Source: an uncultured Clostridia bacterium (GTDB taxonomy: Bacteria; Bacillota; Clostridia; Peptostreptococcales; Anaerovoracaceae). Taken from it: a stretch of DNA of 64,000 nucleotides. The notes beneath the pieces were generated by a model, which saw only the letters and a list, made by a program, of their open reading frames with translations, was not told the origin of the DNA and ran no database searches. Made by a program: the position numbers and the translations under genes. This document shows, piece by piece, positions 20,131-28,671 of this stretch (position 1 is the stretch's first letter; every line of letters begins with the position of its first letter). Location: positions 21,030 to 85,029 of the forward strand of contig CALIXS010000026.1 in NCBI GenBank assembly GCA_938046095.1. The letters are read 5' to 3'.

Positions 20131-21486
20131 TCAGACCAGCTTGTTCGTGCGCTTCCATACGCCCATGCGCGTGGCATCTTTGATAAGATCATCGCGGAAA
20201 TCCGGATGCGCGATGTTGATAAGAAGTTCCGCTCTCTGCCATGTGCTCTTTCCCTTAAGGTCGGCGACGCCGTATTCCGTGACGACGAAGTGAGTCGCCT
20301 GTCTCGGCGTGGTTACGACGGAGCCCGGCGCAAGCGCCGGGACTATAAGGGACTCCATTATACCGTAACGGTTCTTGTGTATGGAAGGCGTGCAGAGAAA
20401 ACTTTGACCGCCGACGGATTGAAACGCGCCCATGACAAAATCGAGCTGTCCGCCGGTGCCGCTTATCTGTCTCGGCCCTACGGTTTCGGAACATACCTGC
20501 CCGTAAAGATCTACCTGTATGCACCCGTTTATGGATACGAAATTATCTATACTGCCTATTATCGATACGTTATTGACGTAATCGACAGGGGCGCTGCAGC
20601 ATATAGGGTTCATGTCTATAAAATCGTAAAGCCTCTTAGTGCCGCCGGCAAACGTATATACCGCTTTGCCCCGGTCGTGCCTTTTGCTGCCGGTGAGCTT
20701 TCCCGCCTCGAACAGATCCACATATGATTCCACGAGCATTTCGGAATGGGCGTTTATGCGCTTGATGTCGGACTCCGCAAGGAGCGTTCCTATGCATGCG
20801 GGAAGCCCGCCGATACCGAGCTGGAGCGTACTGTTATCGTGGATCCTTTCGACAACGTGTGCAGCAATCTTTCTTTCTATTTTTGTCGGCGCCTTTTGGG
20901 TGACCTCCGGTAACGGCGTGTTGCTGCCCTCTACGACGTGATCGACTTTGTAGAGGTTTATCTGTGTCTGATGTCCCATGGCCTGCGGCATGTTATTGTT
21001 GACCTCGACTATTATCTTTCTGGCGGAGCGTATAACGCCCCACATGTCTGAGACCTGAGGTCCCAGGTTAAAGTTGCCGTAGTCATCCATAGGGCATACC
21101 TGAAAGCAGGCGATATCTATCTCATTTCCGTTTTGAGTCCAATAGAACGGAAGCTCTCTGAACATCATAGGGAGATACGCACATCTTCCCGCATCGCTCA
21201 TGTGACGGTCGGCAGGTCCGAAATGTGCAGAGGCAAAGCGCACCTGATCGTTTGAGGATGTGGCCTCATATGTCTTAAAAGGCTTATCCACAAGTGAGGC
21301 GGTGCTTATAATGGTGACATCTTTGAGCTCATCCGCCCTGAGGGAGAGAGCCTCGTCGATATCAACGACCTGTCCGCAGCCGAGCCCGAAGTGGATCCTG
21401 TCGCCGGGCTGTACCTGAGCTGCAGCCTCATCTGCCGTAATCAGCTTTTCTTTATATCGCTCTGCGAGCTCACTGGTCTTATACAT
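20131..21486 (-). CDS. Acetyl-CoA hydrolase/transferase family protein (butyryl-CoA:acetate / 4-hydroxybutyrate CoA-transferase-like)
   Basis: 451 aa. The family-typical N-terminus is MYKTSELAERYKEKLITADEAAAQVQPGDRIHFGLG. The GTGGQLDFV-type segment is present. Confidence 0.85.
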   Translation of the reverse strand: MYKTSELAERYKEKLITADEAAAQVQPGDRIHFGLGCGQVVDIDEALSLRADELKDVTIISTASLVDKPFKTYEATSSNDQVRFASAHFGPADRHMSDAGRCAYLPMMFRELPFYWTQNGNEIDIACFQVCPMDDYGNFNLGPQVSDMWGVIRSARKIIVEVNNNMPQAMGHQTQINLYKVDHVVEGSNTPLPEVTQKAPTKIERKIAAHVVERIHDNSTLQLGIGGLPACIGTLLAESDIKRINAHSEMLVESYVDLFEAGKLTGSKRHDRGKAVYTFAGGTKRLYDFIDMNPICCSAPVDYVNNVSIIGSIDNFVSINGCIQVDLYGQVCSETVGPRQISGTGGQLDFVMGAFQSVGGQSFLCTPSIHKNRYGIMESLIVPALAPGSVVTTPRQATHFVVTEYGVADLKGKSTWQRAELLINIAHPDFRDDLIKDATRMGVWKRTNKLV

Positions 21487-21759
21487 ATGACACCTCCTGC
21501 GGGTATGTATACAATTGATATAAATTTAACAAGTGCTTATATTTTACATATAAACACGTTTGATTTCAATAGGCCGGGTCGGTTTTTTTGAAAAAAAGTG
21601 CCGATACGCGAGGATCTTTGAATAAAGAGGTGTATCGGTATGTAAAGTCCATGCGTATCGACACGTGTCAGAGCGTATATTTTTTTCGGCTGCTATGCGA
21701 ACTGCATAGCAGGATCGGCAGTTATGGCATTTTTTTCGTTTGGCAATACGTTAATACGT

Positions 21760-23724
21760 TCAGCAATATTTTTTTACAGCCGTTGTGCCTTTTTCGGTAA
21801 TGCGCAGTTTGCGCCTGAATACACCTTTTTCGATCACATAACCGCGACGTGTTAAATGAGAACAGATAGCTGACATCTGCATTGACCGTATATTGTTCGC
21901 AGCTGCATATTGTGACTGCTGTTCAGGATGTTCCATAACTGTTTTGAGCAAACCGGCATACAGCGGTGTCAGGTAATCTTCCGCCATTGCAGCTTCCTGC
22001 GGAGGCAGAGCGGGAAGCGCCGCCAGTCCTTTTTCTGTTATATCAAAGGTATAAAACTTTGAGCCGGTCATACCGGCGCGGACAATGTATCCCCCCTGAT
22101 CGAGGGCTTCGACAGCTTCACTCGATTTTTTCGAGTCGACACCTAAAAAATCGGTGAGATCGGACATGTAGCAGTGGCCGATTCTGAGCATTTTCAGGAT
22201 ACTTATTTCTGTTTCACCGAGTTCGATATCCTTACGGTTATGGGCATTCGGAATACGTTCCCAGCCGGGCTGACCGTAGTATTTAGGCTTGCCGAAATAT
22301 GAGCCGATCAGCGAAGCGACAAGCGTAACCGACAAACCCAGCGTTGCAAGATATACGTATTTGCCTACGGTAAATACTTGAGTCAGATCAAGTACGGTGA
22401 ATACGACCATGGTTATCATGCCGCATACGGCGCCCCAGAACGCTCCTTTGCCGTTAAACCGAGGCCATACGGCTCCGAGACCGAGAAGTATTGCAGGAGG
22501 TACCAGCCAGCAGTTTGCAAAAGCAAACAGGTATGTAGGACCACCCGGGAACTGGCAGAGAACAAAGGTGACAATGCCTATAAGAAGCATGATAATCTTA
22601 CTCATGCGCAGGGTTTTCGCGGCGTCGGCCTTAGGATTTATCAGGCGCTGATAGACATCGCGGTTAGCCACGGCGGATGCCCCCAGCGCGGAGGTGGATG
22701 CGGTGGATATGGAGGCTGCTACAGCGCTTATTACGACAAGCCCGCCGAAAAGAGCGACAAATGATTTCGCAATATAGCCATACGTGCCGGTAGGAGGAAC
22801 GGAGCCGCCGTTTACAGTCAGGGCCTCAGAGTTGAAAGCGCCCATGTAACCGCCGATAAGCGATAACGGAACCATGAATATTATGAAGAGACCCACAGCG
22901 GCAGCTACGAAAGAACGTCGTGCCACTTTTTCATTTCGGCAGTTGGCAACCTTCATCCAATAATAGTTATTACCCCAGACTAAAGCGACAGCGAAGCAAA
23001 TGATAAAATTGAATATAGACGGGTATGTGAGTTTCAGCCCCGGAAGTTCACCTGCAAAGCCCTGCGAGGTAAAAGCATTTTCGGGCCAGTTCGCTTTGAT
23101 CGAATCAATCCAGCCGTATCTGTCTGCAAGTGCAAAAAATACGGTCGGAACCATGACTACGCCTATAAGAACCTGGAACAGATCGGTGATGGTTGTTGCC
23201 CATAAACCCGAAATGAAGGTGAAGGCTATAATGACGGCGAAGATTATAGCGGTAACCGTAAGTCGGTTCCAGCCCGTGAAAGCACATATGTTATCTACGC
23301 TCGATACAACATTGTTTGCCATAATGCCGCACATACCGACAACGGAGGTAATAGCGACCACGCTGCGTGTCGTGCCGTCATAACGCATTTCCAGATATTC
23401 CGGAAGTGTCTGGGCACCGCAGCGCCGTATAAAGTTGGCATACAGGAGGCCAAACAGCAAAAGACCGCATCCGGCGTAAATGGAACCCCATGCAATTCCG
23501 CCCGGAAGACCGTAATTTACCGTAAATGCAGGCGCAAGCGTTACAGTAGTCCCTGCAAAGCCGATCGCTATAACTCCGACGATATTGATCGGAGTAGATA
23601 TCTCGCGGCCTGCCAATACAAAATCGGAAGATTCTTTAACCCACTTTCGGCTAAGAAGTCCGGCAAACATTAAAAACCCGCAGAAAACAGCGAATATAAT
23701 AATAAAAATTGTATTTGCACTCAT
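21760..23724 (-). CDS. Sodium:solute symporter family transporter with a ~170-aa C-terminal cytoplasmic extension carrying two winged-helix-like repeats
   Basis: SSF core of ~13 TM covers residues 1-480. A continuous ORF then adds ISILKMLRIGHCYMSDLTDFLGVDSKKSSEAVEALDQGGYIVRAG...YTFDITEKGLAAL and NNIRSMQMSAICSHLTRRGYVIEKGVFRRKLRITEKGTTAV, which are MarR/PadR-like wHTH patterns. Confidence 0.8.
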   Translation of the reverse strand: MSANTIFIIIFAVFCGFLMFAGLLSRKWVKESSDFVLAGREISTPINIVGVIAIGFAGTTVTLAPAFTVNYGLPGGIAWGSIYAGCGLLLFGLLYANFIRRCGAQTLPEYLEMRYDGTTRSVVAITSVVGMCGIMANNVVSSVDNICAFTGWNRLTVTAIIFAVIIAFTFISGLWATTITDLFQVLIGVVMVPTVFFALADRYGWIDSIKANWPENAFTSQGFAGELPGLKLTYPSIFNFIICFAVALVWGNNYYWMKVANCRNEKVARRSFVAAAVGLFIIFMVPLSLIGGYMGAFNSEALTVNGGSVPPTGTYGYIAKSFVALFGGLVVISAVAASISTASTSALGASAVANRDVYQRLINPKADAAKTLRMSKIIMLLIGIVTFVLCQFPGGPTYLFAFANCWLVPPAILLGLGAVWPRFNGKGAFWGAVCGMITMVVFTVLDLTQVFTVGKYVYLATLGLSVTLVASLIGSYFGKPKYYGQPGWERIPNAHNRKDIELGETEISILKMLRIGHCYMSDLTDFLGVDSKKSSEAVEALDQGGYIVRAGMTGSKFYTFDITEKGLAALPALPPQEAAMAEDYLTPLYAGLLKTVMEHPEQQSQYAAANNIRSMQMSAICSHLTRRGYVIEKGVFRRKLRITEKGTTAVKKYC

Positions 23725-23757
23725 TTCAATTCTCCTATATTTTTTACATGAGAAAGC

Positions 23758-24528
23758 TCAGTTAAGGAAGGCGACGCAGCGACACCAGCCGGCACTGGCA
23801 CCTTTGATCTTGACGGGCAGACAGGAAACCTGAAATCCGGTAAGCGGCAGCTCGTTGAGGTTGGTCAGCTTCTCAATGTGACAATAGGCTTTTTCGCGTC
23901 CCACGCGGTGAGCCTCCCAGATAATAGAAGCGTCGCCATTTCTTTCAAACTCCTGAGCCTCTATAGGTAACGGAACGTCCCAGCTCCAGCCGTCGGTTCC
24001 CATTACATGGCAGCCATGGTCGATCAGCCAGAGGGTGGCTTCTGCGCTCATGCCTGCACCGGCCATAAGATACTCGGCTTTGCCCCAGAGCTTATCGGCA
24101 TCGGTACGCAGCAATACGATATCACCATCATGCAGGGTATACCCGATACGATCAAAGTACGCAGCTGTATCCGCCGCCGTTATTTTGTAACCGTCAGGTT
24201 TGTCGCTGAAATCCATAACCACGCCGTTTCCTATACACCACTCCAGCGGTACCTCGTCAATAGTCCATGCCCGTTCGCCGCCGTTCATCGTCGGGTAAAA
24301 ATGATACGGTGCATCCAAATGCGTACCGGAGTGAGTAGTAAGGCTTAGATTTTCAATGGCCCAACCGTTGCCTTCGGGCAGATCATCTACCGAAATACCG
24401 CCGTTGAAATACGTGGTCATAGTTTGTGCGGTATCTTTGTGGCGCATATATTCGATGTGAGGGATTTGGGGAGGCGGATCACTTGGCAGTCCGTCCTCGA
24501 TAGAAATGGAAAGATCGATAATTTTCAT
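23758..24528 (-). CDS. Cyclase-family protein (kynurenine formamidase-like)
   Basis: HSGTHLDAPYHF cyclase signature. Start set at MKIIDLSI (AGGAGGAG RBS) rather than the ORF-track 24645. Confidence 0.85.
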   Translation of the reverse strand: MKIIDLSISIEDGLPSDPPPQIPHIEYMRHKDTAQTMTTYFNGGISVDDLPEGNGWAIENLSLTTHSGTHLDAPYHFYPTMNGGERAWTIDEVPLEWCIGNGVVMDFSDKPDGYKITAADTAAYFDRIGYTLHDGDIVLLRTDADKLWGKAEYLMAGAGMSAEATLWLIDHGCHVMGTDGWSWDVPLPIEAQEFERNGDASIIWEAHRVGREKAYCHIEKLTNLNELPLTGFQVSCLPVKIKGASAGWCRCVAFLN

Positions 24529-24595
24529 TGTTCTCCTCCTCTTTTTTGATTTGCTTGTGATTGACACATGCGTTGACTCTGACAGACATATATAA

Positions 24596-24613
24596 ACGCA
24601 AGCGGTATGCCAA
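24596..24613 (-). promoter_or_regulatory. Candidate sigma-54 (-24/-12) promoter for the cyclase-SSF operon
   Basis: Minus-strand TTGGCATACCGCTTGCGT matches YTGGCACG-N4-TTGCW at 10 of 12 key positions with correct GG/GC spacing. It lies ~70 nt upstream of the cyclase start, next to a divergent bEBP gene. Confidence 0.5.
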
Positions 24614-24741
24614 CGCGCCGCTTTAGAAAAACACCGTATTTTCAACGGTTTGAGGCGATATTTGTTTATCCCGAAATAAAGAAAACGTATATAGACGGAT
24701 ACAGTTTTTATATAATCCGCATAAACATGAGACTTTGCGCC

Positions 24742-24779
24742 ACAGTATATAAAAATATACGTATATTTTTATATACTGT
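24742..24779. promoter_or_regulatory. 38-bp perfect palindrome, candidate enhancer (UAS) for the sigma-54 activator
   Basis: ACAGTATATAAAAATATACGTATATTTTTATATACTGT is identical to its reverse complement. It is centred ~150 bp upstream of the putative -24/-12 element and ~80 bp upstream of the activator start. Confidence 0.5.
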
Positions 24780-24837
24780 TTATTGACAAGGTATATCGGC
24801 TTTGTTAGAATTTTTGCGAAAAGGAGTGTGTGCATTA

Positions 24838-26228
24838 TGAAATTGGACGACTTTACGCGCGCACAGTTGTTTGAATTACTTGTAGAGCAATTGGACGGTT
24901 GTCTGATTACAGATGAAAAGGGCCGCTATATTTATGTGAACCGCCGTTGGTGCGATTTGACAGGATACGAATGGGAAGATGTTCAGGGCATGTACGTTCA
25001 CGATGTTATGCCCGATACTCTTGTGGACGATGTATTGCAATCAGAAAAAGATCTTTCGGGAGAGGTCATTCAGCTGCGTACAAAGAACGGTGAGGCGATC
25101 CATGCACTGTGCTCATATGCCCCGCTTTTCAGGGACGGAGCTCTGATGGGGTGTGTTGCTACGATATCCTTGCGGGGGACAGAGGAGCTGATCGGATTTT
25201 CCTCGAAGCTGGGGGAGATATTGGAGCAATTAAACTCCGTTCAGAAAGAGTTGATGGAAGTTCGTCGCGTCAGATATTCCATTTCCAACATCATCGGCAG
25301 CAGCAAACGTACGCAGGCGCTGAAAGCCTCAATATATGCTGCCGCACGTTCCGCTTCAACCGTGATCATACAAGGAGAAACAGGTACGGGCAAGGAGCTG
25401 GTGGCTCACTCAATTCATATGCTGAGCTCGCGGGCACATCGCCCGTTTGTCAAGATCAACTGTGCGGCAATACCGTATGAGCTTTTGGAATCTGAGCTGT
25501 TCGGTTATATGGCGGGGGCATTCACCGGAGCGAGCCGTCACGGGAAAAAAGGAAAGTTCCGGCTTGCAGACAGAGGTACGCTCTTCCTCGATGAGATAAA
25601 TCAGATGCCTACTCATTTGCAGCCGAAGCTTCTTAGAGCATTGCAGGAAAAGGAGGTTGAACCGATAGGAGGAACGGAGAGCATACCCGTAGATTGCCGT
25701 ATTATTGCAGCCAGCAATATTCCTCTTGAGCGCCTGGTGCGGGAAGGATCTTTTCGCATGGATCTTTTCTACCGTCTGAATGTTGTTTCTATAGATGTTC
25801 CGCCTTTGCGGGAAAGAAAAGAAGACATTCCGGAGATTGCGGATGCACTGCGCGAGCGCCTGAATGCACAGCTGGGAATGGCTGTTCCCGGTATATCCTC
25901 TGAGGTAATGGAACGGCTCAAGACGTATGACTGGCCGGGAAATATCCGCGAACTGCAGAATGCGGTCGAGCGAGCCATGAATCTGGCATGGATGGATACG
26001 TTGACATGGAAACATTTTGAAGGCTATTTCGGGAAAAGACAGAGACAGGCATCCGGGACGCCGAAGGAAAAAGTATTATCTATGAAAGCGGCCAGAGAGC
26101 ACGCGGAGAGAAATGCGATCGTTCAAGCGTTAAACGTATTCGGCGGAAACAAAACGAGAGCTGCGTCTGCTCTGAAAATAACGCGTGCTATGCTTTATCG
26201 CAAGCTCGAAAAGTACGGACTGGAATAA
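24838..26228 (+). CDS. Sigma-54-dependent transcriptional activator (PAS sensor + AAA+ + Fis-type HTH)
   Basis: N-terminal PAS-like domain. Walker A GETGTGKEL, GAFTGA motif (GYMAGAFTGA), arginine finger region and C-terminal HTH (KTRAASALKITRAMLYRKL). AAAAGGAG RBS supports ATG 24838. Confidence 0.9.
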
Positions 26229-26433
26229 CAGGCTTACAGGATAAAACATATCCGGGCGCGACAGTGCCGAAAACAAAGGTGTATTGCAGGGAAATCAGCG
26301 CCGCTGCTCACAGATTCAAATTCAAGGTATGGGATATGATCGTATTGGCCGTTAAAAATTGTAATAATCGCGGAGGGTTTTGTCGGCATGTCTTGTCCTG
26401 CAAGTCGAACAATAAAATTTCAGATATATGATA

Positions 26434-26477
26434 AAAAGCCCTCGAATCACCTTATATAAGCGATTTCAAGGGCTTTT
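26434..26477. terminator. Bidirectional hairpin terminator downstream of tRNA-Arg
   Basis: AAAAGCCCT...AGGGCTTTT with T/A runs on both sides. Confidence 0.5.
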
Positions 26478-26483
26478 CATTTT

Positions 26484-26559
26484 TGGTGTCCCGGAGGCGA
26501 TTCGAACACCCGACGCACGGTTTAGGAAACCGACGCTCTATCCCCTGAGCTACCGAGAC
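26484..26559 (-). tRNA. tRNA-Arg (anticodon CCT)
   Basis: Minus-strand 76 nt GTCTCGGTAGCTCAGGGGATAGAGCGTCGGTTTCCTAAACCGTGCGTCGGGTGTTCGAATCGCCTCCGGGACACCA. 7-bp acceptor stem with one GU pair, D arm GCTC/GAGC, anticodon loop TTCCTAA, T loop TTCGAAT, encoded CCA. One U27-U43 mismatch. Confidence 0.8.
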
Positions 26560-26704
26560 ATACATATATGACTTTAGGGCGGACGGCGCATGCAACGCGG
26601 GTGCGGAGGATAAATGAATCGCACTTTACGCATATGCCGCTTCGTCACCAGCTACATAATTATAGCGCAATATGCCGCTTTTGGCAATTAATTTGATTTC
26701 CCTC

Positions 26705-26722
26705 CGTGAATTTTTATTCACG
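26705..26722. promoter_or_regulatory. CGTGAA-N6-TTCACG palindrome between putative -35 (TTGATT) and -10 (TATAAT) elements upstream of the MGMT-like gene
   Basis: Perfect 6-bp inverted repeat with an AT spacer inside a sigma-70-like promoter. Candidate operator. Confidence 0.3.
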
Positions 26723-26863
26723 CATAAGTCGAAGAATTGTATAATTAAGAATAACGGACAGGTGTCGGCTTTGTCGTGTCGGGATAATTGCGATTAGAGC
26801 GGGAAATATCAGGGGAGAGCGACAGCTGTGACTGAGAGACGGGTTCGCGGCAGGAGGAAAAGG

Positions 26864-27160
26864 ATGGACGAAATGCTCGTGTACGAAATATTATCGGTCG
26901 TAGAGGAAATCCCGGAGGGGCGCGTGGCGACGTACGGTCAGATAGCGAGGCTTATAGGGCGTGAGAAAAATTCGAGGCTTGTGGGCAAAGTACTTTCGCG
27001 TGCCGAGCTTTTCGGCGATTATCCGTGCCATCGTGTTGTGGATTACAGCGGAAGGCTCGTGCCCGGCTGGGAGGAGCAGAGATGTCTGCTGATTGAAGAG
27101 GGCGTCCCGTTCCGCGACGAGTTTCATGTAGACATCGGAATGTGCCTGTGGGAGGAATGA
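26864..27160 (+). CDS. MGMT-family protein (stand-alone methylated-DNA--protein-cysteine methyltransferase C-terminal domain)
   Basis: 98 aa with the alkyl-acceptor motif YPCHRVV and helix-turn-wing (ATYGQIARLIG). Strong RBS AGGAGGAAAAGG before ATG 26864. Confidence 0.7.
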   Translation: MDEMLVYEILSVVEEIPEGRVATYGQIARLIGREKNSRLVGKVLSRAELFGDYPCHRVVDYSGRLVPGWEEQRCLLIEEGVPFRDEFHVDIGMCLWEE

Positions 27161-27215
27161 AAAAGTGGGTGTCTCGCAATGAAAAAAAGCGAGTGTTGCG
27201 GAATGAAAAAAACGA

Positions 27216-27263
27216 GTGTTCCGCGGTGTGCAGCGTATAAAGACTGTACGGAACACCCTTTTT
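27216..27263 (+). terminator. Intrinsic terminator after the MGMT-like gene
   Basis: GTGTTCCG...CGGAACAC 8-bp stem followed by CCTTTTT. Preceded by the tandem direct repeat AATGAAAAAAA(G)CGAGTGTT x2. Confidence 0.6.
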
Positions 27264-27274
27264 GATGCAACAGG

Positions 27275-27462
27275 CTATTCTGCTGATTCCATGTCGGCCG
27301 CGGTTTCGCTTTCAGGCGTTGCTAAAGCTGCTATCGCGAGGCCGACGACTGCAAGGAGTGTCAGCACTGTTACTGCATTGGTGAGCCTGCTGCCCCTGCG
27401 CTTCTTTTCCTTCGCAAGGATAACCTCTGCCTGCTCAAGTTTCTTTCTGTCGCTTTTCTTCA
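27275..27462 (-). CDS. Small membrane-anchored protein (hypothetical, 62 aa)
   Basis: MKKSDRKKLEQAEVILAKEKKRRGSRLTNAVTVLTLLAVVGLAIAALATPESETAADMESAE: basic N-terminus, one TM, acidic tail. RBS AAAAGGAGG is upstream. The longer ORF-track version (from 27628) is rejected. Confidence 0.4.
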
Positions 27463-27600
27463 TCTGATACGGCCTCCTTTTCTTATTTGATTTTATCATC
27501 AGGAGCACAACAATGGAATAGCAAATATGTAAAAATGTTGTTAGGGAGAGCCCATTGAGTTCCCGACGCGTGATATAATATAACTGTTCGGAGGGAATAT

Positions 27601-28656
27601 ATGAAAAATAAGACATACAGAGCCCCAAACGCGGTCATCTGCGGCGATGTGCGATTCGGTGAGAACTGTTCCGTATGGTACGGGGCCGTCGTGCGCGCGG
27701 ATGCTGATGAGATAACAATAGGACGGGATACGAATATTCAGGAAAACGCCGTTCTGCACGTTGATGCGGGCGCTCCGATAAGAATAGGCGACGGCGTTAC
27801 GATAGGACACGGTGCGATTGTACACGGAGCGAGCATAGGAAGTAACACTACGGTCGGCATGGGTGCAATAATAATGAACGGGTCGAGGATCGGTCGAGAT
27901 TCGACAGTCGGAGCGGGCACTTTGGTCACACAGGGCAGGGAGTTCCCGGAAGGGTCGCTCATAATGGGGTCGCCCGCAAGGCTCATAAGAGAACTCACGG
28001 AGGACGAGAAAGAGCAAAACAGGGTTTCGGCGCGCCATTATATCGGTGCTGCGGCGGAACAGCTCAAGGAGGTGAACATGCAGGACAACGGAGATTTTTA
28101 CAGGAGACTGAGGACGTTCAGGAGATTTGAGCAGGAGCCTGTTCCCGACGAGGTACTGACCCGTCTTGTCGACAATGCGCGCATCAGGTCGAGCGCCAGA
28201 AACGCACAGGTCGTGAGATACGTCATCGTCAAAAGCCACGAGGCGGTTGCGGCAATGCAGCCGCTGATCAAGTGGGCGGGAGCCCTTCCTCCCGAGGTGG
28301 GGCAGCCTAAGACGGACGAACAGCCCACCGCGTTCATAGCACTTTATTACGAGGGGCCTGCCGACAGTTACAGCGACATAGATTTAGGCATAGCGGCGGA
28401 CACTATCTGCATTACCGCGTTCAACCTGGGCTACGGATCCTGCATGCTCGGGGCGATCAATAAACCTATGATAAAGGCGGAGCTCGATATTCCGGAGGAT
28501 GCGACGCTGAGGCTTCTGATAGCGCTCGGTCGCGCCGCGCACAGAAGCGAAATAACGGATATGCCCGATGACGGCAGCTTCAAATATTGGGTCGACGATA
28601 ACCGTAATTATTATGTACCGAAGAGATCGTTAGAGGAAGTGGCGAAATTTGTGTAG
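27601..28656 (+). CDS. Fusion protein: gamma-carbonic-anhydrase-like left-handed beta-helix (hexapeptide repeat) domain + nitroreductase-family domain
   Basis: Residues 1-170 have hexapeptide repeats typical of the gamma-CA/PaaY LbH (IGDGVTIGHGAIVHGASIGSNTTVGMGAIIMNGSRIG). Residues ~180-351 have a nitroreductase fold (RRFEQEPVPDEVLTRLVDNARIRSSARNAQVVRYVIV...). Confidence 0.75.
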   Translation: MKNKTYRAPNAVICGDVRFGENCSVWYGAVVRADADEITIGRDTNIQENAVLHVDAGAPIRIGDGVTIGHGAIVHGASIGSNTTVGMGAIIMNGSRIGRDSTVGAGTLVTQGREFPEGSLIMGSPARLIRELTEDEKEQNRVSARHYIGAAAEQLKEVNMQDNGDFYRRLRTFRRFEQEPVPDEVLTRLVDNARIRSSARNAQVVRYVIVKSHEAVAAMQPLIKWAGALPPEVGQPKTDEQPTAFIALYYEGPADSYSDIDLGIAADTICITAFNLGYGSCMLGAINKPMIKAELDIPEDATLRLLIALGRAAHRSEITDMPDDGSFKYWVDDNRNYYVPKRSLEEVAKFV

Positions 28657-28671
28657 AGACCGGGAGGGAAA

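Noticed and set aside
21721-21750. TGGCAT-N-TTTGGCA resembling a sigma-54 -24 element near the SSF gene 3' end
   Set aside because: GG/GC spacing is wrong and it is on the non-coding orientation for the minus-strand genes. The convincing -24/-12 element is at 24596-24613.
27275-27628. 117-aa minus-strand ORF (MGLCMSYF...) as called by the track
   Set aside because: The upstream part has no RBS and overlaps the start of the LbH-nitroreductase gene. Only the 62-aa version from MKKSDRKK with a strong RBS is plausible.
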